Of a stretch of DNA of 64,000 nucleotides, positions 30,985 through 42,918 are shown piece by piece; position 1 is the first letter of the stretch, and the number at the start of each line of letters is the position of its first letter. The notes under the pieces are model-generated. The model searched no databases, was not told the origin of the DNA, and worked only from the letters and a program-made list of their open reading frames with translations. The stretch is from positions 4,128,001 through 4,192,000 of the forward strand of contig CM000150.2 of NCBI GenBank assembly GCA_000004695.1, read 5' to 3'. A program made the position numbers and the translations under genes. Source of the DNA: Dictyostelium discoideum. Lineage: Eukaryota.

Positions 30985-31657
30985 TATACAAAAAAACAAA
31001 CAACAACAACAATCTCTTTTTTTGATTATTTCATTTTTCATATAAAAAAGACTTAAAAAACAAATAAATAAATAAATAAACTATTTTAAAAAGCCATCTT
31101 TTTACTTTATTGTAATTTATTATTTGTTTCGTTTTGAGAATTTTGCGTAGCAAAATTTTCAAAAAAAAAGCAAAAAATAATCAGATCGAAAAAAACAAAC
31201 AACAACAACAATCTCTTTTTTTGATTATTTCATTTTTCATATAAAAAAGACTTAAAAAACAAATAAATAAATAAATAAACTATTTTAAAAAGCCATCTTT
31301 TTACTTTATTGTAATTTATTATTTGTTTCGTTTTGAGAATTTTGCGTAGCAAAATTTTCAAAAAAAAAGCAAAAAATAATCAGATCGAAAAAAACAAACA
31401 ACAACAACAATCTCTTTTTTTGATTATTTCATTTTTCATATAAAAAAGACTTAAAAAACAAATAAATAAATAAATAAACTATTTTAAAAAGCCATCTTTT
31501 TACTTTATTGTAATTTATTATTTGTTTCGTTTTGAGAATTTTGCGTAGCAAAATTTTCAAAAAAAAAGCAAAAAATAATCAGATCGAAAAAAACAAACAA
31601 CAACAACAATCTCTTTTTTTGATTATTTCATTTTTCATATAAAAAAGACTTAAAAAA

Positions 31658-31680
<23 letters not shown>
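30985..31680 (+). repeat. Tandem array of about 3.5 copies of a 198-bp unit. It looks like the amplified TRE5-A 'A-module', the 5' promoter module. It starts 48 bp upstream of the tRNA-Lys 5' end.
   Basis: Unit starts at about 30989, 31190, 31388 and 31586 (caaaaaaacaaacaacaacaacaatctctttttttgattatttcatttttcatataaaaaagacttaaaaaacaaataaataaataaataaactattttaaaaagccatctttttactttattgtaatttattatttgtttcgttttgagaattttgcgtagcaaaattttcaaaaaaaaagcaaaaaataatcagatcg). Copies are nearly identical. The position matches the known TRE5 integration distance. Confidence 0.7.
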
Positions 31681-31689
<9 letters not shown>

Positions 31690-31694
<5 letters not shown>

Positions 31695-33400
31695 GGAACC
31701 CAAGTTAATCAGAAAATTTCCAGATTTTTAACTTTTTAAAGAAAAATATAAAAGATAGAAAGAAAATAAAATGAAAATCACAAACAACACCACAAATATT
31801 AAGCAACACAAATGCCTACAAAAAATAAGCGAAATTGTGGATAAAACTCAATTAAAAAAAAAACAATTCAAATACGTCATAAACATCAATCACGAACCAG
31901 ACGATAAAATAAAAAAAGATTTAGAAAAAAGTTTGGACAAAAAAGATGTTTTAATCAAAAGTAATAATACATTCAAAATTCTCACAGATAGTATTAGTAC
32001 AGTAATCTATTTTGTAAATATGTTTGATGCAGAATTAAAAGGACAATTTATAACCACTATAAGACCAAAAAATATGTATACAGATTTTGATTGGTATAAA
32101 TCACTCACAGAAATAGAATGGGTAATAGAAAATGAAGGATGTAAACTAATTAAATCAGAAATTAAAGGCGAAACTCTAATTATCAAAACAGTGAAAAGAG
32201 TCGTAGAAGAATTTGACACTATCATTGAACTAGACAATCTAACATTAATTGGACACTCCAACAAAGGATGGAGAGATCAAACCTCATTACCAGAAAATCA
32301 AGAAGAAAACAAAAATAAAAAACAATCAGATGAACAACAACCACAATCTACATCAGAACAAATACCAAAACAAGGAAAAAGAACAATCATTATCCCACCA
32401 ATCACATCCTCATCTAATGATAAAACATTTATGGCCCTAGATGATACAGCTCAAAAGGTAATAGAAGCATCACTAGAAAACGTAGATGAACTAACAAGAA
32501 TAGAGAATGAGATCAATACACAATCGATAAACAATCAAGAAATTAAAACAAAATCAGAAAAACCTATTGAACCACCATCTCCATACAATACACCAATAAA
32601 ACAACACGGCGAAACAAAGGACTAACAACGGAAGAAAAACTTAGAGAGGTAAATGATATCTTCGACTTCACCAGCCCAAACACTGATGCAATAAGAAAAA
32701 TAGAATTCCCACTTTCAATCCCTTCAAATCAATGGTTCTTCTCCTCTCCAATAAAACATATCATGAGTTTCAGCCCAACCTATGGTACACCATCGAAAAT
32801 TATCGATTCACCAAGTAAATTGTTAAACACACCAAAAAACAAACAACAAGACAAAACAAACAGGACCAACAAAACACCAGTCAAACCAAAATTGGGTGAA
32901 TATGGACAAAAAAGCATAAAAACAAAAATGGATGAAGATATAGACAACTTCAACAAGGAAATTCTAAAACAAATCAATAAATCAAAAAACCCCACAAACA
33001 CACAAGACCAACAACACAACGAACAAAGTAAAGATCAGTTAGAAGACAAAATAAACCAGAAACTTCAAAAGGTAGATAAAAATCTACCCCAAATAAAACT
33101 ATAAAGAAAAACACAATAAGAATAGGTGTTTGGAACGTCCAAGGATCCAACACCATCCAATCTGCCAGCATAATAAACACCGTTTTAGACAACAACAAGC
33201 TGGACGCAGCACTTCTAACTGAAACAAATATAAAAACAAATAAAATTTACTCAATAAATCAACAATATAAAAACAAAATAACACACCACGCACCAATTGA
33301 TAAAACAGGACAAGGGGTGTCACAAATCATCATCAACACCCGCAATAGAACTTCCTAAACATCTCAAAAAATACAATAATTCACTCAGTACTTTCTATAA

Positions 33401-33457
<57 letters not shown>
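31690..33457 (+). mobile_element. TRE5 (DRE)-like non-LTR retrotransposon body. It contains ORF1 and the first roughly 90 codons of ORF2 (APE-like start ..RIGVWNVQGSNTIQSASIINTVLDNNKLDAALLTETNIK..), then a 62-nt poly(A).
   Basis: It is continuous with the A-module array. ORF1 is at 31771-32625. A frameshifted continuation lies at 32763-33104. The ORF2 N-terminus is at about 33108-33357, followed by poly(A) at 33396-33457. Confidence 0.65.
31771..32625 (+). CDS. TRE5-like retrotransposon ORF1 (284 aa, possibly frameshifted relative to the ancestral longer ORF1).
   Basis: ORF track. Its N-terminal 60 codons recur in the truncated element copies at 33504-33690 and 35112-35300. Confidence 0.55.
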   Translation: MKITNNTTNIKQHKCLQKISEIVDKTQLKKKQFKYVININHEPDDKIKKDLEKSLDKKDVLIKSNNTFKILTDSISTVIYFVNMFDAELKGQFITTIRPKNMYTDFDWYKSLTEIEWVIENEGCKLIKSEIKGETLIIKTVKRVVEEFDTIIELDNLTLIGHSNKGWRDQTSLPENQEENKNKKQSDEQQPQSTSEQIPKQGKRTIIIPPITSSSNDKTFMALDDTAQKVIEASLENVDELTRIENEINTQSINNQEIKTKSEKPIEPPSPYNTPIKQHGETKD

Positions 33458-33459
<2 letters not shown>

Positions 33460-34057
33460 CAAGTTTAATCAGAAAAAATAAAAAAGATAGAAAGAAAATA
33501 AAATGAAAATCACAAACAACACCACAAATATTAAGCAACACAAATGCCTACAAAAAATAAGCGAAATTGTGGATAAAACTCAATTAAAAAAAAAAAAAAA
33601 CAATTCAAATACGTCATAAACATCAATCACGAACCAGACGATAAAATAAAAAAAGATTTAGAAAAAAGTTTGGACAAAAAAGATGTTTTAATCAAAAAGA
33701 CCCTGTAAAAAAAAAAAAAAAATAAAATGAGATCTAGCATCTCAAGGAGAAGCAAATAATAATTGCGTTATCCAATTCAAAAAAAAAAAACTTGATCGTT
33801 ATATTCAACAACTACTAGTACACGAACTAAAGAAAACTCAAACAGCAGCCTGGGAAAGAACAAAAAACAACATATACAAACTAATCAGACAAGAAAAAAA
33901 AGCAACCAACAACGAACAAATAAAAAAATTCAAAAACATCATCTCCCTACAACTCGAAAGATTTAGCAAACACTGGAACTCACCACTACACACAGTAGCA
34001 CTACCATCAAACCTCAACAAATATATTACGTCACCAAACACACTCTACACCCCCCAA

Positions 34058-34117
<60 letters not shown>
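33458..34117 (+). mobile_element. Composite of TRE5 fragments. First is a truncated copy (end of B-module-like region, ORF1 start, internal deletion, C-module-like 3' end, oligo(A)). Next is the target-site repeat 'cttgatcgttatat' at about 33791. Last is an ORF2 C-terminal fragment with a 50-nt poly(A).
   Basis: 33504-33690 is about 98% identical to 31771-31960. 33693-33790 matches the 3' terminal module repeated at 35388-35470. Poly(A) lies at 34065-34117. Confidence 0.6.
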
Positions 34118-34119
<2 letters not shown>

Positions 34120-34864
34120 ATACAACCTTAAAAGGCACCTGTAATATCTAAAAATAAAATTAATAAAATAAGTCATATCTCAAGAAGAAGCAACTAAAAA
34201 TTGCGTTATTCCATTCAAAAAAAAAAATTGATCGTTATATTCAGGTCAAAAGAAAGATTAATCACCCAACTCTACCATTTAGAGAAGCCAGATCAATCAC
34301 AACTATCAAAGGAAGAGACTTAGCATGGAGGTATTTACTCAAGGCACTTCCAAAACACCATGGGGAGAATTGCCACTCATGTAAAGAAGAAGAGTCGTCT
34401 ATGCACATCTTCTTCGAATGCAAATCAATAAAACAGGATATCGACTCAATCTATCAAAAGGTCTGTAAAGACTATAACAACATTTACCACGGTCCATGGA
34501 GCGAAAAAGTTCTCGGAAAATTACTCACACCATTCTCATCAAATCTGATAGGAGCCATTATGGAATCGATATGGTACAGAAGAAATCAAATAAAATTCAA
34601 CGATAACACTACAATAATAACAGAGAACCAAATAATTCATAAAAATCAAAAAAGCGAGAGTTACCGAATGGGATAGAACAAGAAAGATAGTAGAAAAGCA
34701 ACTACGTCAAGAACTAAGATGCACTGATAACCGAGAGTCAATCAATCGGACCGCATCAATAAAAAGAAGACTCGAAAAATTCAGCCACAACTGGAACTCG
34801 AAACTCATGACCATAAACATCCCGTAACACTTCATACCATACTGCTCATATATCACCAACTACT

Positions 34865-34895
<31 letters not shown>
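34120..34895 (+). mobile_element. TRE5 fragments. A 3'-terminal module plus oligo(A) comes first, then the target-site repeat 'ttgatcgttatat' at 34229. Then follows an ORF2 C-terminal roughly 200 codons with a CCHC-type box (..NCHSCKEEESSMHIFFECKS..) and a poly(A) at 34868-34895.
   Basis: ORF 34401-34676 and surrounding frames. The Cys/His motif is like other non-LTR ORF2 C-termini. Confidence 0.6.
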
Positions 34896-34899
<4 letters not shown>

Positions 34900-35084
34900 A
34901 TAAAAATAATAATAATAATAATAAAAATATAATAATAATAATATAATAATAATAATAATAAAAAAATAAGAATAACAAGAAAAAAAAAAAAAAAAAAATA
35001 AAAAAAAAAAAAAAAAACTCCAAATAAACTCTCCTAGAACACACTCAAATTGAGTGATGTTATTAAAAAAAAAAAAAGATCGTT

Positions 35085-35323
35085 ATATTTTTTTTTCAAT
35101 AGAAAGAAATAAGATGAAAATTACAAAAAAACAAATATTAAGCAAAACAAATTCCTACAAAAAATAAGTGAAATTGTGGATAAAACTCAAAAAAAAAAAA
35201 AAACAATTCAAATATGTCATCAACACCAATCATGAAGCTGATGATAAAATAAAAGATTTGGAAAAAAGTTTGGACAAAAAAGATGTTTTAATCAAAAGTA
35301 ATAATAAAATTCAAAATTTTAAA

Positions 35324-35367
<44 letters not shown>

Positions 35368-35480
35368 CTAACCCCTCTTTTAGAGACCCTGTAAAAAACT
35401 ACAAATAAAATACGATCTAGCATCTCAAGGAGAAGCAACTAATAATTGCGTTATCCAATTCAAAAAAAAAAAATCGTTAA
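35085..35480 (+). mobile_element. Truncated TRE5 copy. It is preceded by the target-site repeat 'gatcgttatat' at 35078 and contains ORF1 start, an internal deletion, poly(A), and a 3'-terminal module.
   Basis: 35112-35300 is homologous to 31771-31960. 35388-35470 is homologous to 33693-33790. Confidence 0.55.
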
Positions 35481-35525
35481 TTTTTTTAAAAGAGAATTAA
35501 ATTCAAAATAAGATAACTTAAGACA

Positions 35526-35536
35526 GGGATTCGAAC
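35526..35536 (-). promoter_or_regulatory. Ex-B box (GTTCGAATCCC on the minus strand), 35 bp downstream of tRNA-Ile. It is embedded in a half-tRNA-like segment (..AGTGGTGCCAGAATTAGATCACAAGTTCGAATCCCTGTCTTAAG..).
   Basis: B-box consensus. The spacing is the same as for the tRNA-Lys ex-B. Confidence 0.55.
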
Positions 35537-35570
35537 TTGTGATCTAATTCTGGCACCACTTAAAATGTTC

Positions 35571-35643
35571 TGCTCGATGCAGGGATCGAACCTGCGACCG
35601 TGGCGTTATTAGCACCACGCTCTGCCGACTGAGCTAATCGAGC
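35571..35643 (-). tRNA. tRNA-Ile (anticodon AAU), 73 nt.
   Basis: Minus-strand sequence: GCTCGATTAGCTCAGTCGGCAGAGCGTGGTGCTAATAACGCCACGGTCGCAGGTTCGATCCCTGCATCGAGCA. All four stems are perfectly paired. Anticodon loop CTAATAA. Confidence 0.9.
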
Positions 35644-35649
35644 TAGGAT

Positions 35650-36400
35650 GAAAATAATGTAATTGTAATGAATCTCGTATTCCGATTCCTATGGAATACT
35701 CTTTATAATTTGTATATACTTGTGTGACCCTTGAACACACAGAAATAATTAATAATAAATAATAAATAATATTATATCTCTTATATAATATAATAAAGCT
35801 TTCGTTTGTGCACAATTTGGAATAAAACAACAATGAATTAATTTTTATTTTATTTACTGTTTATACTAAAATTAATTTTACTAAAGAAACCATTGGTAAA
35901 ATTTCTGAGAGTAAAGTAAGAATCTTGTATTTGTTAACGTCTTTTCAGTTACAGATTTATATCTATATTTGTATTTTACCAGGGATAAAAACTTTATATA
36001 TTAATTTATGTCGCTTAATTATTCGCGATTATTACAATAATATAATAAATCAGGTGTACTGGTTTATTGAAGTTAATATATAATTAAAAAAATAAGAGTT
36101 TATTTGTATATTTAAGAAAGTAAATACAATGATTTTTTTTTAATATTTTTAGAGTCTTTATTTTAATATTCCGAGTACCAGGATTAGCCTCCTAAAGTCA
36201 TTTAGTATATAATATTATTTATTGTTAACTATTACGGCAAAACTTCTAAAGTCGGTTATGACTAGTAACTAAATTATATTTTGATTCTTATGATTTCCAT
36301 ATTAATATATGTCAATACATAAATCCATATTGGTTTTAATATGGTGAATCATTACAATAATTTTTTTTACCGAAATTTGTAATAAACTAAATCCCGATTC
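35650..36400. mobile_element. Non-coding element of about 750 bp, not A-rich, beginning 18 bp upstream of tRNA-Ile. It is possibly a remnant of a tRNA-targeted LTR retrotransposon (DGLT-A-like) or a solo LTR.
   Basis: Its composition differs sharply from the flanking TRE5 A-rich DNA. Both ends carry a related TGTAAT..ATC[TC]CG[T]ATTCC sequence (35661-35686 and 36381-36404). There is no ORF. The position, 13-33 bp 5' of a tRNA, is where DGLT-A elements are known to integrate. Confidence 0.3.
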
Positions 36401-36750
36401 CAAAAAAAAAAAAAAGAAACAACAAACACAAAAAAAAACTTTAAAATATCACCTCAAACCAACGTGAAGGATTCAGTAAAATATGAAAATACCTCTCCAC
36501 ATAGTAACAATACCATCAAACCTAACAAATAGATCACCACCCTTAACACACTCTTCAACCTTTAAAAAAAAAAAAAAAAAAAAGATACACAACAAACCTT
36601 ACTACCTTCAACAAAAGGCACTAAAATTAATTAATAAAATGATATTCATCAAGAAGAAGCAACAAACATTAAGTTATTCCTGACCAAAAAAAATAAGTAA
36701 CCAAATCTAAAAAAAAAAAAAAAAAAATTAAGTAACCGAATCTAAAAAAT
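36400..36750 (+). mobile_element. Further TRE5-like ORF2-3'/C-module fragments with oligo(A) tracts, ending in a pair of direct repeats (taagtaacc[a/g]aatctaaaaaa) around an A-run.
   Basis: 36440-36700 is homologous to 33960-34250, the ORF2 end plus 3' module. Confidence 0.5.
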
Positions 36751-37015
36751 ATATATTTTTTAATTATTCTCTTGATAAACTAGTAGAATCAAAACAAAAA
36801 TTTAGAAGAAAAAAAATACACCATAACCGTCGCAAGAACATTCCAAGGTTAGCCAAACAACGAAATTCGCCACTCCACAAATTTAAACTTCCAAATAGGC
36901 GATATATGGTTTTTAAGATATCTGTTTTATTTTATTTTTATAATTTTTTATTACAATGATTGTTTACAAAAATTTAGAGTTGAAAAATCGAATTTATAAA
37001 AAAAAAAAGAATTCA

Positions 37016-40000
37016 TTAAAACGGGATTGGGAATGGAGTTTGAATACTTGAATAAATTTCAATACCAGATAATGGAATTGAATATTTAATATTATCAGTT
37101 GCCCAATCAATTGATAAAACTTGTTCATTTGAATTAATATTATTCCAATAGAATGGACCATACTTTTTATAGGTTAAATAAGATGGTGCTGATCTTGTTA
37201 TTGGTTCTTGATATTTACCATTGATTTTAATTGTAAATGATGGTATTGGATTAACGATTGAATCTGTCCAATCTGAGTTATAAGAATATAAATAAAATTT
37301 ATATTGATGTGGACCTGCTAATGAAATGTTGATTGTACTTGGAATATTATTGGTTTCATCATTACCAAGGTATGAAGTTATCATTGAAATCTCATCATTT
37401 TCTGTGATTTCAGATGGAATAAATGTCATTGATGAATTTGGTGTGAATTTACCTGTAGTTGTACATTTATTTAATGATTGAATCCAATTACATTTTGTCC
37501 ATTGTTTACCAAAAATTGATAATGCACGTGGTGGTTGTGGTTCATCACCGACAATTGTTGGTGGTGATAAATCAATACCGAGATAAAAATAATTTGCACT
37601 GTTATCAACAATATATGTACCTGCAAAGTAAGAACCAACAGCAAATTTTTCATATCCTGAAGTATTTGGAAAAATTGGTTTAGTTGATAAAACCACTGTA
37701 TATGGACCATTGGCACTTTGTGGTAATTGAATAAACTTTGAATGAATTGGGTTGTCAAGTGGATCAATATTTGAATTATTTTGAAAAATTTCATCATCAA
37801 TTATAGTTTCAAGAAGTAATGTTCTATTAATAGGAGGTGAATCAAAATTTGGAATGAATGTAAAATTTAAACTATTTTGAGTTAATGGTGGATTGATAAT
37901 ACTCATTGGTGATAGTTGGTAAAATGGATATAAACGTCCAAACATACCAGATAACCTATGAATTCTTGTACCATTAACATTTGAAAGGTATACTTGATTA
38001 GCGAATCTTTTAATGAAAGTAACAGTACTATTTCCAACATGAATCATTTGTGTGAATTTTGAATCAACAATAGAAATGTAATTGCATTTGAATGAATCAG
38101 AGAAAAATTTATAAGATGATGAAAAGTTTGCATTCTTTAATGAAACACTATTACATTTACCTGAAAGATTATTAGTTTCTGCAAAATTCTTTCTTATTGT
38201 ATATAAATCATATTGAACCAACGATGAATCATAAGAGTAATCTACATTTGCTTCATTTGGTGGTAATGTTTTTGATGGTCTTTGATTAATATGCCAACCT
38301 CTTAAAAAGTTGATTTTAATTGGTGGTTGAAATGACATTGGATATGTGACACGAAATTCTGATTCACCAAAGAATACATTATCTTTGAATATAACTTTAT
38401 TCCAAATACTATTGGGTACTTTATCATTGAGATTTGATTGTTCATATCCATTGTAAATACCTAATAATTTATCACTATTTAAACCAGCAATTGTTGATCT
38501 TGATTGTAATGGAATAATATGAATTGCACCACCTTTGAATCTACCTTCAAATATATTTGATTCATAGAATGAATATGGTGAAGTTGAAATAATACCACTA
38601 TTGATATAATCGATATTATCTGGATATTGTCTATTTGATGGTACTGCAGTAGTATTTGAATAAATTGATATGAATGAATTATAACTGATGTTGAATTGTT
38701 CAGTACCATATAACAATGAAATACCACTCATACTCAATCCATCAGTTGATGATTCTTTTAATACGAATGAATTACCAATGATATTACCAAATGAACGAAT
38801 TGCACCAATGAATGATCTTGGTGTTAAACTTTGTTGTGGAGTTCCTGGATGAATTGCTGCTAAAAAACAATTATTTTCAATATTTACTGATTTTTTATTG
38901 TGGTATAAAGTAATTGGATATCTATTTGGAGTGTTATTATTTTCATCTAATGGTAATGATGTTGTATGTCCGAAATCATAAAATACTGAATTTTGAATAT
39001 CAACAGTTGACGAACCAGTGAAAACCATTGAACAATAACCAATACCCTTAATCCATACATTTTTATTATAAGGATTTATTAAAATAAAACCAGTATCACT
39101 ACCTGTGGTTGGATCCCAGGCATATTTATTTTCATTATGGAAATAATCTTTAACCATATTTGTGTAATAGGAGTCCAACTTGTATTGTTCAGTACTTATT
39201 ACATCTCTTGAACCACCCAATTTAATAATTGGTAATCCATTATTTGTGAATGGAAATGATCTAATGAATGTTGTTTCATTTGTTTTATCATAACCAGTCC
39301 ATGTTGAACTTGAATCGAAACCTCTAATTGTGACATTACCGCAAATTGAAAGTATTGATGGAATATCTTCTCTATCCCATTGAGCAGTATTAGCATCGAT
39401 TATTTGTTGTACAACGATTGTATGATTATAAGTTTGATTTGGTGTTGATTCAAAAATACCATTTGGTAAGATTTGCATCTTATAGAATGTAAATTTTGTA
39501 TCATTGTTTGGATCTAATAATAAACGACCTTTAACAACAAGGACTGGAATTATCTTTGGTGAACCTGAAATTGTTAATGTTCTACCTACTGGTACATAGA
39601 TAGTAACATTTCCTTTAACAAGTAATGAAGAGTCAGAAGGTAAAATATATCCTGCATCATTTTGGAAACCACTCTGTTGTGAAGTTATTTTATAATTACA
39701 ATCTGTTATGCTTGCTGTTTGACCATGTAATACACAATCATTTAATAATGTAACTTTGGTAACTTTTAAAAGATTTTTATCTAAATTATAAAAATTTTCA
39801 CCAGTGTAATTCGAATTTGTACTTGTTGGGAAATAGTTAATATTATAAAATTCACTACCTTCACTATCATGAATAATATTGGTTAAATTAAAATTGTATA
39901 ATTCTTCATTTGAATTAATTGGAATTGAGAATGGAGTTTGAATACTTGAATAAATTTCAATACCAGATAATGGAATTGAATATTTAATATTATCAGTTGC

Positions 40001-42748
40001 CCAATCAATTGATAAAACTTGTTCATTTGAATTAATATTATTCCAATAGAATGGACCATACTTTTTATAGGTTAAATAAGATGGTGCTGATCTTGTTATT
40101 GGTTCTTGATATTTACCATTGATTTTAATTGTAAATGATGGTATTGGATTAACGATTGAACCTGTCCAATCTGAATTATATGAATATAAATAAAATTTAT
40201 ATTGATGTGGACCTGCTAATGAAATGTTGAGTGTACTTGGAATATTATTGGTTTCATCATTACCAAGGTAAGAAGTTATCATTGAAATTTCATCATTTTC
40301 TGTGATTTCTTCGCCAATGATTGTCATTCTTGAAATTGGTGAGATTTTACCTGTAGTTGTACATTTATTTAATGATTGAATCCAATTACATTTTGTCCAT
40401 TGTTTACCAAAAATTGATAATGCACGTGGTGGTGATGTAAAGTGATCATCGGTTGGTGGTGATAAATCAATACCAAGATAAAAGTTATTTGCACTGTTAT
40501 CAACAATATATGTACCTGCAAAATAAGAACCTGCTGGATAATTAGTACCATCATTATAATTTACTTTAGATGATAAAACTACTGTATAAGGACCATTGGC
40601 TGATTCTGGTAATTGAACAAACTTTGATTGCGTTGAAGAACCTGGTAAAATTAAGAATGTACCATTTTGAACGTCATCATCAACTATTGTTTCAATAGAT
40701 TGATTTGTACTACCTAAAACTGATTCAGAGTTTGGAATGAATGTGAATGTAAAATTATTTTGAGTTAATGGTTGATCAATAATACTCTTTGGTGATAGTT
40801 GATAAAAAGGTAATAGTCCAGTTACTGAATCTAAAAAACTTCCTTTTGTACCATTAACATTTGAAAGGTATCGTTGATTAGATAATTTTTTAATAAAGCC
40901 AACACTATCATCATAGTCTTTTATTTGTTGTGAGAATTTTGAATCAACGATTGAAATGTAATTGCATCTAAAAGAATCTGAGAAAAACGCATAAGAAAAT
41001 GATAAATCTACATTCTTTAATGAAACACTATTGCATTTACCAAAGAGTGTATTGGATTCAGTAAGATAGATTTTTATAAAATCACCAATTAATGATGAAT
41101 CATATGAGTAATCTACATTTGCTTCATTTGGTGGTAATGTTTTTGATGGTCTTTGATTAATATGCCAACCTCTTAAAAAGTTGATTTTAATTGGTGGTTG
41201 AAATGACATTGGATATGTGACACGAAATTCTGATTCACCAAAGAATACATTATCTTTGAATATAACTTTATTCCAAATACTATTGGGTACTTTATCATTG
41301 AGATTTGATTGTTCATATCCATTGTAAATACCTAATAATTTATCACTATTTAAACCAGCAATTGTTGATCTTGATTGTAATGGAATAATATGAATTGCAC
41401 CACCTTTGAATCTACCTTCAAATACATTTGATTCGTAGAATGAATATGGTGAAGTTGTAATAATACCACTATTGATATAATTGATATTATCTGGATATTG
41501 TCTACTTGATGATTCTACCACAGTGTTTGTATAAATTGATATGAATGAATTATAACTGATGTTGAATTGTTCGGTACCATATAATAATGAAATACCACTC
41601 ATAGCCATTCCGGTTGAAGATTCACTTAATACGAATGAATTACCAATGATATTACCAAATGAACGAATTGCACCAATGAATGATCTTGTTGTTGAACTTT
41701 TTTGTGGAGAATTGATTGATGGTAAAAAACAATTATTTTCAATATTTACTGATTTTTTATTGTGGTATAATGTGATTGGATATCTATTTGGAATATTATT
41801 GATTTGATCCAATGGTGATGATGTTGTATGTCCGAAATCATAAAATACTGAATTTTTAATATTTACAGTTGATGAACCAGTGAAAACTATTGAACAACTA
41901 CCAATACCTTTTATCCAAACATTTTTATTATAAGGATTTATTAATACATGACCAGTATGAGGTGTTTTCATTGGATCAAATGCATATTTATCATTATAAA
42001 CATTCTTTGTCATGTTTGTATAATAATTATCTAACTTATATTGTTCAATACCCACTACATTTCTTAAACCACCTAATTTAATAATTGGTAATCCATTATT
42101 TGTGAATGGAAAAGATCTAATGAATGTTGTTTGATTAATTCTATCATAACCGGTCCATGTCGAGCTTGAATCGAAACCTCTAATCGTAATATTACCACCA
42201 AGAGAAAGTATTGATGGAATATCTTTTCTATCCCATGGATCAATTTGGTAATCATTAGGTGATCTTTCTACGATGATAGTATGATTAACTCCTTGATTTG
42301 GTGCAGATTCAAAAGTACCACGTGATAAGATTTGCATCTTATAGAATGAAAGTGTTACATTATAATTTGGATGTAATAATAGATGACCTTGAACAATAAG
42401 AATTGGAATATTTTTTATTGAACCTGCAATTGTTAATGTTAGATCTGATGATATAACGATTGAATAGGGGAGACCATTATAGACTGGAGCTGGTCCAATG
42501 AATTGACAATCCTCTATTTTAACTGATGCGCCAATTAATGTACAACTTTGAGCTAACCTATATGGTCTTATGAAAGCACCTCTTTCTAAACTTAAAAATT
42601 CTTCACCAGTGTAATTTGAATTTGTGCTTGTTGGAAAATAATTTAATTTAAAGTGGTAGTTACTTTGTCCATCAGAATATCTTGTATCTATTTCGTCATC
42701 ATTGTATAATTCTTCAATTGAAACTTGGGAATTACAATCTATATTATA

Positions 42749-42790
<42 letters not shown>

Positions 42791-42918
42791 AAAAAATAAA
42801 ATATTAATAAAATGAGTGTTGTTTATTTAAAAATTAAGAAAATAAATAAATAAAACATACAATTAAATAATAATAATAGTTTTAAAAGAAATAAAAAAAC
42901 AATAAAATAATTTTTCAT
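37016..42918 (-). CDS. Family-1 secreted protein of about 1,950 aa, made of two complete family-1 modules fused head-to-tail in frame. The minus-strand exons are 42918..42861 (signal peptide) and 42738..37016.
   Basis: The first exon is identical to that of the 10891 gene. Module 1, roughly aa 20-960, ends ..IEIYSSIQTPFSIP. Module 2 starts directly with INSNEELYNFNLTNIIHDSEGSEFYNINYFPTSTNSNYTGENF.., which is homologous to the start of exon 2 (SIEELYNDDEIDTRYSDGQSNYHFKLNYFPTSTNSNYTGEEF). It runs to ..IQTPFPIPF* with no intervening stop, signal-peptide exon or intron. Confidence 0.7.

Noticed and set aside
30985-31680. The regularly spaced 198-bp direct repeats could superficially suggest a CRISPR-like array.
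   Set aside because: This is a eukaryotic genome. The units are 198 bp with no unique spacers, and they are contiguous with a retrotransposon body. They are a tandem duplication of an element module.
32007-33323. Several minus-strand ORFs (32007-32264, 32780-33019, 32974-33198, 33099-33323) inside the TRE5-like element.
   Set aside because: They are antisense to the element's ORF1 and ORF2 region, hydrophobic low-complexity products, and have no support.
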